A DNA stretch of 63,431 bases, filler included, from Basidiobolus ranarum (taxonomy: Eukaryota): NCBI GenBank assembly GCA_040143965.1. It is 6 parts of 6 records of this genome, joined end to end, with 100 filler letters (N's around TTAATTAATTAA, not from the genome) between each part and the next. Parts side by side here need not be neighbours in the genome. Positions count along the whole stretch, not along the records: positions 31,807 to 42,299 come from JASJQH010000701.1; positions 42,400 to 52,874 come from JASJQH010000703.1; 4 more parts are not named here. One strand, given 5' to 3'. The notes below the pieces were generated by a model, which made no database searches, had not been told where the DNA came from, and saw nothing but the letters and a program-made list of their open reading frames with translations. Positions 34,480 through 45,914 of this stretch are shown piece after piece. The first letter of the stretch is position 1, and each line of letters begins with the position of its first letter. The position numbers and the translations under genes are program-made.

Positions 34480-35960
34480 ATATTTGAGTAAGAGTTCAGC
34501 CTAAATATCCACAACTTTCAAGCAAAAAATGGCCTGACACAAGTAGAAGTGTCACATATTGAATAGTTTATCTTGGGGCTAAAACAATAATTTAGCATAT
34601 CTTGATCTATCTTAACAGTAGGTCTGTCTTGAAGCTTTCCTAAAAGTACCATCAGATAATCATAAGAATAAAGTAGTCCAAATTATAGAGGTATTTACTT
34701 CATTTCATGCATTTGTGTTTGTTGCCATAATTGTGCTCAAACAAAGCAAAAATCCACATGAACATTGAAAAGAGCGCTGTACCAAAAGGATAGCATATTC
34801 CAGAGTGCTTTTAGCTTGTAACACTTTATCCATCACTGATTTTGTTGTTACATTATAAATTAGATTGGCATATGGTAAAACTGACTATTTCACTCAAATC
34901 ATCATATATGTGCAGGTACACTACATTGAAAACTCCAAGAGCATATGGGACAGTTCTATCATCTGTAAGCATTGTGAAAGATGCAGCAGGGAATGTTTTG
35001 AATACTGGCACAGCTTCCAGCTATCTTCTTCAAATCAGAAATAAAGCTTGTCATGTGCAATTACAAAGTCTTTGTACAGTCACTCTATCTGCTGGAGCTC
35101 TGCAAATGTGGGTTAATGCCATAACAGTAAATAAACAATATTCACAAACAACCCACAATATATGCCAGTACTTGTCAGATGGAAATCTTTCAAAAATTCC
35201 ACTTAAGTCTTTACCAATCCAATACTTCCAGTTTTTGCATTTAACTATATGCTAAGATGAGTTGATGTTGATGGGAGTCTTGGCAAAACATGAGAATATC
35301 ATGACTTTTCAAGTACTTTTGAAATTGCTTGAGACTTTTATTATTTCTTGTATGGCTCATTCAGATTGGATTTTCCACTCTACAGCTGAGTAAATAATGT
35401 TGGTATGTTGTTGAATAGTATGTGTTTAGTGCCTAATAGGAAAATCTGGCTCCATTTGATCTCCTTTGTCAATAAAATCTTTGGCTTACAGCTAATTCCA
35501 AGTTTGATGTTAGCCTGACTATTGGGTGAATTGATGTCAATGAGCATGCTGAAATTTGACCACACTCTTCATGGTAAAATTGCAGGGTATGGTGCTGTAT
35601 TGGAACAGTAGTAATTTGTTTGCCTGGTAGAGTAAACTCCATTGATCTGATTGAATCTACAGCAAGATTGCGCATTGTGCCTGCAAAACCAGCTTACTGA
35701 TGGCAGGTGTGTCACTAATACATACAATAACATTAGCCTTGAGAAATATTCACCCATCTAAGCCCCATTCAATAACCTTTTAAATTCAACATTCAAAGGC
35801 TGAAAGATTTTAGCTTTTAGCGCTGGCAAATTAGGTCCAGATATGATGGATAGCATGAAAATATTATAACTTTTATACTCATCAGTAGGAAGAAGATTTA
35901 AGTTATTAAAATGCTTGACTTGTAAACCTTTCCAACAATATATTTGTTCAGTGAAAAACC
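34480..35960 (-). mobile_element. Second degenerate CACTA/EnSpm transposase, convergent with the first
   Basis: Minus strand gives NLLPTDEYKSYNIFMLSIISGPNLP...FQPL (Transposase_21-like), ISDTPAISKL..GHNAQSCCRF and LCQYSKHSLLHLSQ. Confidence 0.75.
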
Positions 35961-35989
35961 ATTGGGAGTCAATACAAATGTGTATTCAT

Positions 35990-38955
35990 GCATTCTCAAA
36001 AAAACCTTGACCCTTCAGATTCTGGTAGTGTTATCTATTGAGTATATTGTTAATACCATCAGCTTTACTGTCATCTGCTGGGCATATTTGGAATTCCAAT
36101 GACAGCAAATAGGTATCTATCTTGTGTAACATGCCCTGGGTGCTTGCTTGCATCCACATTGTGATTTTTGCAGTGTACAGACCATATCAGGGTGTTTAGG
36201 GCCAACAAACTCATCAAATTGTTCCATATGGATGTCTTTCTTGGAATCACCTTTCAGAAAAGCTGTTTTTACATTCATTTAATGTGAAGCATAGTTTTTA
36301 CAGCTTAGAGTGCCAGGATTGCGCTAATAGAGCAAAAATTAGCTGCTGGAACAAAGGCTTCATCAAAATAAACTCCTTGAGTCTGATAATAACCTTTTGC
36401 AACTATTCTAGGTTTGTAACTTTTGATGGTTACATCAGCTTGGCTTTGAACTTTGTCGACCCTTTTACAGCCTATTTGCTCCTCCCTGATGGTAGAGGAG
36501 TCAAAACCTACATTTTATTATCTTGAAGTGAAGAAAACTAATTTCACTTTACTTTTTCGCTTTATTTTGATTCTGGACACTCCAGAGCTTGATCTAAGGT
36601 CAGTGGCAGGTCACAGAATGGTGCACAAGTATTGAAATAAACCATTCAAAGTGTTCCACCAGTATCCTGGCTTATTCCTCCTTCTGGATGATCTTGCAGG
36701 TCATGATTCATCCTCTGATACAATTAAGCTGGAACGTTGGCTGCATTAGGCTCAGATAGAGCTGAAAATTTGTCAGTGACTTCATTAACAGTTTTGTTTG
36801 TGCTTTCAGGATCAAAAACTGTGAGTTGTAGTGAATAATCTGCTTTTTCATCATCATTCACTGCTCTGTACTGGGTGAACTGATGATTTTTGTTATCAAA
36901 CAGTCTGTAGGCTTTAGATCTGGCACAGTAACCAAGAATTATGCATTTTGCTGCTTATGAGTTCCAATTGAGAACATATTTGAGCTGGAATTAGACAATA
37001 CGCTGTTCAATCAAAGATCCCAAAATGAAAAGCACTTAGTTTGGATCCACATAGCGCTTCAAATGGAATAGAATTTTTTAGAATTTTGTTTGGCATCTAT
37101 TTTTCATCTAGACTGCAATGGAGACTGATTCAGCCCAATGAGATTAATCTAAGTTTGGATGCTGTAACATGGATCTTGCCATCTCCACTATGGTCCAATT
37201 AGGTGGTTCTGCAACTGTGCTTTGCTATGGGGTATAAGACACAGTAGTTTGTTGCCTAAATCCATGTTTAGAACATAAACCAGAATAGTCTTTAGGGAAG
37301 TATTCTCCACAATTATAACTCCTTAATTCCCTTTTTTTTGAATTAATTCCTTTTCTACCATTGCTTTTTAGAGCTTTGATGTAGTTAAGACTTTAGATTT
37401 TGGTTTAAGAAAGAATACACAAGTATATCTTGTTTGGCATGAATTGAGGTCATGAAGTAACTTTTGCCACCTAGTGAGGTGTACACATAGGGCAAAATCA
37501 ATAAGGGCAACACTTGGAGTGGATGTTAACTTTCCAGAGCTTGAAAATGGATGTATGTGATGTTTTCCATATATGCAACCTCCACACAGTTCTGATTTGC
37601 TGAAATCTTACATCTCTTGGTCTGATACAGGTTCATATGGAACATGAGGGTCAGTTTTTCTTCCCGAATGTGGCCTAATGCTCTATGGCATGTTTGGCAG
37701 TGCATTTCACTGGTGTTGGCTATGTTTGCATGCTTCAAATGCAATTTGATGATTTCTAGCTTGTATAAGTTTTAAGTTTCACTCCCGGTAGCTAATTTGC
37801 TATAATCTGATCTGAGATAGTGCATCCAGCATTGGTGAACATAAATCAAAGTCATTCAGCTGTTGCTCAGCTTACTGAGAATATTTTCTTGGCTACATTT
37901 GGTACACACAGTACTTCATTCAATTATGCAAATGATGTAGCTGAATTTCAGACCAAATTGGGCACCTTTGTGCCCTACCAACTGCATATAGTGCATAATC
38001 ATCACCTAAGTAGACTTTCCTTGTTTGGATGGGTTTGGAGCTGGAATACCAATTGTTCTTGTTTGACACATTCTGGGAAGCTCCTGACTCAATGTAACAC
38101 ATGTCTGAGTCCTTCTTAGTGGTTTCTGTTAGGGTAGACATAAATCAATGATACCTATCAGTGCTTATATGATTTATGAGAGCTGATCTGCCATAGGTTT
38201 TATCCAATGTATATAATTAGCCATAGATTGGTCAATATTCATCTCATTTGAGAACAATGTTTATTTAAGATATGGTGTATTAGCCTTACTTTTAGTCTCA
38301 TTTGGTCACTCAAATGTTTCCCAAGCAGTTTGGCCGTTTTTACCTGAATATATGTGCCTGAAATGAGAGTCTCTGAGTTATAGATATAGTGTACAGTGTA
38401 CTTTCCTCTACTTTTGGTTAAAGGCAAGTAGAGCTTCTGGTGGTTCCTTTGGCTTAATTTTTTCTCCTGTAACAACTCACCTAAGGACCTGGTCTTCTAG
38501 CACCATTTGCATCTTGAACTTGCAAAGGTGAAAGTCAACACCATCAAACTTCTCTGTTGATGCAAAAATGTTGGTAATAGTACTGGTAGACATTCCTGCA
38601 ACAGCTTGCTTGGGGCTCATAACCTGACAAAAGTGTTTTGGACAAGACTTAAATTTGTGAATTAGACACTGGGGTTTGATTGAATTGAGTGGATTATATT
38701 TATAGTTTGCTATGAAATTGGATCATTGGATATGCTTATATCATGACAAACATGGTTGCAAAGCATGGGTAAGATATGAGACAATTGGAGGGGTTAGAAG
38801 AAAAAAGTCAAAATTGCTAAAAGTGATTTAAACAATATTTCAATAACTAGAGCACTAAAAACACAGCTTTGAATGGCACAATTGAGTGCTAAATATTTGG
38901 AATACTAATAAACTAGCTGCTAAATAATTAGTGCTACTACACCCAATTTTAATAT
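35990..38955 (-). mobile_element. Degenerate copia of the same family as contig 2: 5' LTR ~38955-38625, PBS, gag, PR, INT, partial RT
   Basis: LTR homologous to 15546-15896; GGTTATGAGCCC PBS; FDGVDFHLCKFK, YIESGASQN, VKTAFLKG. Confidence 0.88.
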
Positions 38956-41900
38956 TATCAAATTTAGAAAATTAAAATGAAAATGCAGCTGCAAGAAAAG
39001 GGACTTTGGGACACAGTTGTAGGGGATGGAAATATATAAAAAATTATCTGAAACCAAAATTTTACCCCAGCTAGAAAAAGAACAAAGTGCCTTTAACAAA
39101 TTTGTCATAATGGTGGCAAGAAGGTATGGAGTGCCTCAGAAGACACCTACCAAACATGCTTTGAGGCCAACAAGAAGCTTCTGGGAAGGCAATATGCTCA
39201 CTTAAAGATGTAGCCAGAAGAAGGCATTAAATACTCATGGATAGATTTGATATTTTAGTGGATGACATGGAATGCATTGGAGTACCTACAACTGATCAAG
39301 GTATCATAGTTACAGTCCTGAATGACCCACCACACAAGTTTCAGAGCCTAGTAATACCTTTACAAATAAACAATATCAATTTGATCTTAAACTATATAAT
39401 TGATAGACCTATGGATGAATATTTATGCAAATCAAGATTCAGCTAAAAGAATGAAAAACAGGCTCTAATAGGCTATTATAAACTTTCCTAAATAAGGTCA
39501 AAAGTGCTTTGAAATAAAAGTAACACATTTTGTGATAATGATAGAAAACTGGCAATTTGAGTAATGATTACTTTGAAAGAACTGCAAAAGAAGCAAAATA
39601 TACTGAATCTGGAATGTCTTTGCAAAAAAAGATTACTTGTCCATATTGCCTCATACTGTGCCAATTAACAAGGATTCTCAGAAGTGGTATATTGATTCTG
39701 AAGCCTTGCAACATTGCATAAATGAAGAACTTTGGTTAGTGAATTACAAAGAAATACTAATCAGACTGGTTTTCTTGGGAGATTACAATACATTTTATGA
39801 AATTGGAATGGAAACAATTCAAGTCAATTCAACTGCAGCTTCTGAAGAGAAAGTATATACATTTAAGGATGTATTCCATGCTTCAGATATTGCCAAGAAC
39901 TTGATATTTGTATGCAAGGCTATCTCAGAAGCGCTAAAATTCAATTTTGAAAAGTCAAAATGTGCCATCACCAATCAAAATAGGAATGATTTTGATTTGA
40001 GATAAAAGGATCAGAGATGATACAAACCTACCTAAAATTAAGAAGGTTTATGTGCAACCATTTGTTATTTTAATCAAGAAGATATTCAATTATGGTATCA
40101 GAGATTTGGTCATTTTGGTTTTGATTATTTGAGCAAAATGATCAGAAATTGCCTATATTTGGCAATTCAATTTAACTTCCCATCTAAAATGGAAATTTGT
40201 GAGGGTTAAATACATGTATATTCAGGTGGGAAAAGACACTTCATCACATTTATTGATGATTATTCAATATGCACTTGGGTCTACTTTATAGAAGAATTAG
40301 AAAGAGCTCTCTTTATCTTGGGAGATTTAAAATACTTATGGAGACTGAAACCAGAACTAAAATCAAAAAAATTTGTGCAGTCAATGGTGGTAAGTTCTTC
40401 AACAGTTTTCAATCACTTTTACAAAGTCCATGGTATTAAGCAAGACACTACTGCCTTCTATTCACCTGAACAAAGTGGAGTTGATGAAAAAGCAAACAGG
40501 ACTATGATATAAATGGCAAGATATATGATGAGTGCACAAAATTTACCTTATAATTTTTAGGTGGCATCGTTAGATAAAGATGTATATCTGAAGAATAGAA
40601 GTTTTACAAGAGGTTTGTCTAACTCTATGCCATGTCAAGGTTGGACTGGAGTTAAGCCTAATGTAAAATATTTGGGGATCTTTGGATGCATTGCTTATGT
40701 CAAAATGATGACCAAAAGATGGTCTAAATTTGATCTAATAGGTAAGAAATGTATATTTCTGGGTTATTGGACTCAAACTAATGCCTAAGGACTCTATGAT
40801 ACCAAAATATCCTAGTAAATCAAGTCCAGGGATGTTACGTTTGATGAAAAGGAAAAATATTCATCCACATTGACCTCACATGATGACAAAAATCAATTTT
40901 CTTCTGATTCAATCATTCAAATTGTTTTAAACCAAAACAATGAAGAAAATAGCATTCCTGAGGACCCTGTGACCAAAACTCTACCAGAAGTTGCAGTACT
41001 CTCAACCCAAACCAGTAGATTAAACAGTTCAGAAATACCCTTGATTACTGTATCAACAAGTCCCAAAATAGGATCTCTGCCTGCACATCAGTAGTACATG
41101 AGCCTCATACTTCAAAAGTGGTCCTGAATGGCCCTGACACAAAATCTTGGGGAGCTGCAATGGCTGATGAGGACCATGCTTTGATTTACAATTATACTTG
41201 GACTCTAACCAATGGATTGGATTATTGAAAATCAATTGGCTTCCATTATGTGTTTGAAGTTAAGTACAACCATGAAGGCAATAATGAAAGGTACAAGGCT
41301 AGGTTAGTAGCCAAAGATTATTCCCAAGCACCAGGAAGAGATTATCTAAAGATCTTTGCTCCTGCAGCAAAATGTAATTCAATTAGATTGATTTTAGCAA
41401 TCACAACTAAGAAACAGCTTATTATACATCAAATGAATGCAAAAAAACACTTTAATGAATGGTAAGCTTGCTGAGGAGATTTACATGACCAGCCAGAAGG
41501 GTTTGTGGACCTAGAAAACTTTGAAAAGTTTACAGACTCTGGACAATGCTTTATAGCTTAAAGCAAACTCCATGAGCTTGAAATAGCAAGATAGATACTT
41601 TTTGGAAACACTCATATTCCTAAAGTGTAATGCTGACTGTAATATCTACTTTGGGCCAGTAAAGATAAACCTCATTTATTTAGCCTTATATGTAGATGTT
41701 CTGATTATATAACCAATGACTCATAGACTTTGGAGAAAGCCAAATCCAGCTTATCTGCTAAATTCAAAATGACTGATCTTAACAAATTAACATAGTATCT
41801 TGGAATAAAAAGTTAGGATAGATTGAACTACCAATACATAAGCTTTAATGCAGTCTAAGTCTATCCTTGATATAACAAAGAAGTTCAAAATTCAAGAATG

Positions 41901-42148
41901 TAATCCAGTATCTACCCTAAAAAAGATAAAACTTGATCAAAAATTGCTTGATTCAAAAGTTGTTGGATTCAAATAAAAGCCAGAAATTTCCTTGTCAATG
42001 TATGGCTGGTAGTTAGTTGTCTATCATGGTTGGAGCATTGCTACATATTGCATATTTTGTGGGAATTATGTGCTAATATCTTCAAAATCATCATTATGAT
42101 TAAGTCATAGTACTTAAGCAAATTTTCAGATAATTAAAAATCCTATTA
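38956..42148 (+). mobile_element. Degenerate copia internal region (gag-PR-INT-RT), different family, interrupted by the CCCTA terminus
   Basis: WYIDSEALQH, FITFIDDYS, PEQSGVDEKANRT, IFGCIAYV, RYKARLVAK, LALYVD. Confidence 0.9.
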
Positions 42149-42299
42149 CCCTAACAGAAATTTCAGGATTGTTATTGTAGGAAAACCGTCACAATTTTAA
42201 TCCATTTGGGATTGACCGTTTACTTACCGTCATAATATCGTCAAGTTAGATTTGATTTTAATCAATTTTTTCAGTTTCAGGAGTGAAATTTCAAGATCT
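42149..42299 (+). repeat. Terminus of a probable CMC/CACTA-type DNA transposon running off the contig
   Basis: Begins CCCTAAC (fits the CMCWR terminal consensus); inverted match to 31814-31964. Confidence 0.85.
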
Positions 42300-42399
42300 N
42301 NNNNNNNNNNNNNNNNNNNNNNNNNNNNNNNNNNNNNNNNNNNTTAATTAATTAANNNNNNNNNNNNNNNNNNNNNNNNNNNNNNNNNNNNNNNNNNNN
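42300..42399. other. Artificial contig-join linker
   Basis: N44-TTAATTAATTAA-N44. Confidence 0.97.
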
Positions 42400-44433
42400 T
42401 ACCTCTGAAGAAATCTTACAAACAATTATTAACAGAAACTTGAACATGAAAAACATCCCAATTTTAAGCCTTTTTCAGTCATTATACTATCTATTTTGAA
42501 TCAGATTTCAGCTATGGGATTGATATTCTTAGGTCATAGGAAATGTTCACACATTATTGGTTACAATACAGTACAACTTATGATGAAGTAATATCTGAAA
42601 ACTATAACTTCTATTTTACTTATCTATTACTTGGAGATTACTTTCTCATCTTAAAATTTCCAGTTTCTTTTCTATTGTCTCTTCCATACATATAATAAGT
42701 GCTTCATAGCCTAAATTTGGTGCTCACCCAAAACAACTTTGCATTATTACCTCCATCAAAGTCCACCACTACAATATCTGTTCTAACTTAACATTCGTCC
42801 AGTTATCTGGCTGAAGCCTTTTGACATTACACCATTCTATGGTAAGTTCTTCCCAGATATCTGCACAATCAACATGAGCTGTCAAATAAAGTTAAAATTT
42901 AAACTGGACAAGTAACATATGATATACTTACAATAGATTCTTTGCTTTAAGCCAGACAAAGTAATATTCTAGTTCTTTTGCTATTTACTCAGGACCTTGT
43001 AGTCTAATACTACTCACCATGGTAACAGGTACTTTAATAATTTAGGCTACTTCAGTAATTTGATGAAATTAGCATTGCCATCTATATAGTCATACATGGC
43101 TTAGTACTTAGTTATTGTATAACTCACTAAGATATTATCCATTATTCTCAATTTGTATTTATTTAGAATATTGACACCAACTTAGATGTTCTCAGATATA
43201 TAGATTTTGCAAAGAAGCTCCAAACTTTGCACCCATGTTCCTGGGACCTTCCTTAACACATTGCACATGTTAGTTTGTTTACATCTTGACAAAACTATAA
43301 ATGTCAACTGAATACTCAATAAATCAATAAGTGAAAACCACCAATTTCTCTAATTCTCCAAACCACTTCCAACAGGCTCCCAAATACTTTAACATAATTG
43401 AGTCTAATTTCAAATTTATTAAGAGTTTCAGATACAGGTGCAGAGCTTTGAGTCACAGTGAATAGTGCTTAATCTGAACAAGAGATATTAAGCATAGGAC
43501 AAGCAGTAAAATCTTTGACCCTTTCAGCTAGCATGCTGTGTGGTATAATCATAAGCCTTGTAACAATATTTCTGTCAGTATACTAGACTTAGTACGTTAT
43601 ATTCTTTGTAATACTGCAAGAAAAGTATTGGTGAGATAGTGAATTTTGGGCTCACTATCTCTTTTGCTTTTCATTTGAGTTTACTTCTCTCCTGCTCCTC
43701 AGCTACAAAACATGTCTGGATTGAGATATTTCCAGGACTAATTCATTCAAATTTAAAGTGATTTTCGGAAAGTTTTGAAGTAATTTCTAACACATTATCA
43801 TCAACTTTACAAATAACAGCTGCTTTGACACTTAAAGTCTGTTGCCTTGCTGGTTTACTATGCCATTTCATATTGATGTCCTCATGCAATTTCTTAGGAG
43901 GATGAAGGGTTTGGCTTTTAGATGATTTATTGTGCATTCCCACTGGTAGACATACACCTGGAGCATAGTTCCGGAAAGAGTCTGCATTCTAAAATGCTTT
44001 CAGAACCCTACTCTGAGAGTATGTAGAAGCATCATTTAAGACCTACGGAATTTTTATTTTCTGCAGATTTGGAGTTGGAAATACTTTGGCACATATGACT
44101 GGAAACCAAGAAACGGAACCTAACAACAAGAAGTTTGCGTCAAAGTTATTTACAAAATCTAGTTCACTTATTACTATTTTTACCATTGTTAGTTTGGCAA
44201 AAATTGGATGCGTAATATAATATAATATAATAATAAGACACTACAACGGTTTTTTATTTCCAAATATCCCTTAGTATTAGGTTGGGATAGAGCTGGTATG
44301 GTTGAAGCAATTGGTGAGGGAATAAGGCAATGCTGAGATAGTGATCATGTGATATTTGCAGAATTCGAAATGGTTGTAATGAAGTAAATAATATAGGTTA
44401 ATATCCGTTACCACTAGAATATCTGAGCTTGAA

Positions 44434-44506
44434 ATAGCAATGACAATAACTTCTGTACTTCAAGCATCAATAGCGATGACAATATGTTCTGTACTTCTTG
44501 TATCAT
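44434..44506. repeat. Imperfect 36-bp tandem duplication (x2)
   Basis: aatagcaatgacaataacttctgtacttcaagcatc followed by aatagcgatgacaatatgttctgtacttcttgtatc. Confidence 0.7.
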
Positions 44507-45914
44507 CCACTATGCTAACAATTGCTAGTTGAATATAGGTTTATCATTGGTTGAGTTTGATACAACGTTTGATTGATTACTTGAGGTTGGTCAAATTGAT
44601 TTGAGTCAGATACTCTACCCGTTATCTTCAAGTCCAAAGAATCACCTCATTTAATACTGGAAATGGATCTATTTTCATACGATTACCAACCCTCATAAAT
44701 AAATATGAAAAACTCAGTAATCCTTGCTTTGTATCTGTAAAACATTTCGATAAATAAAGGGATAAGCGGAGAGATGCTATCTGGAATTAGATGTTGGCAA
44801 GCAAGAAGTTTAGAGGAATTGTATAGTTCAATTGCAAAAGTGCCAAGAGTTCCAGTGTAAACACTGATGCAACCACTAGACTTTGATTTGCACTAGTTAC
44901 AGTCAGAGTGATATCTATGAGACCAGCGACATAATTCCACTTAATCTATTTCAGTATAGTGTCCGTGGATTCGAGCAGGTAATGATTAATCTGAAACCTA
45001 GTCGTGAAAAGGATGAGTGTATTCAACTATATCGTGAAGTAAAATAATATTACTGCTTGATTAAGACATATTGTATAATAATCTAAAGTTGTCAGTATAA
45101 ATTTATCCAAGTAGTTTTGGGTGGCTTAGCAGTAAAACACAGACGGCGATCTATATAGTTTACTATTATTGGGCTTTGATATCCACTCCACACGCATTCA
45201 CTCCTCTTGCTACGGTCTTATTTAAGCATTAAAATACAACTTTTTCTTGATCTTTTCACTGATAGCAGCAATTACTGAAAACGGAAGAGCTTGGGGTGCT
45301 AAAATTTCAGTCCGTGATATACAATATATACCTAACCAAGAAAAATATTGGTTTACATTGAGGATAAATCTGCAGAACTTGGACCACACTCTGTTATATA
45401 ATTTCGAACGATTTGATTTCTCTATTAATATGTCCATATGTCACTAAAAGCGGTAATAACTCTGACTTTAAACTCCCAACTGCAGGCGTTGGCTGAACTC
45501 TCAAAACTTCCTTTTTGAGAATTACAACCGATTAAAGTCTCAAAAAAGGCATTGATTTAAATAACTGTTGAATGCATTTATAATCTTACTGTATTGAATA
45601 ATTCAGAAACGTTCTGAGGATAGTTTTGAACTTTCATATAATCTGGATACTGCAATTTAGTTTGAAGTTGGATAGAGTCAATTTACAATGCATAATGATT
45701 GGATGATTGAGTCAGAGATACCCACGGTTTTGGGAAAGAGCTTTACCAGGAACCAAGGAGTTAAATCTGATTTAAAAATACTTCGAGTCGGGAATGCTAG
45801 TTACTCTTCTTGGGAACTGATTGAACTCAAAAAATAGACTGGCTAAGCCGAGGCTGTGCGAGATATTGATCCTAAAATTAGAGTATGAGAAAGTTATAAT
45901 GCAACATATATAAT

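Noticed and set aside
31807-42299. Contig 4 as a circle or the two flanks of one insertion, since copia RT stops at the right end and RNase H resumes at the left
   Set aside because: The flanks share no target-site duplication (TTA versus AAC) and copia sequence is missing between them; two insertions fit better
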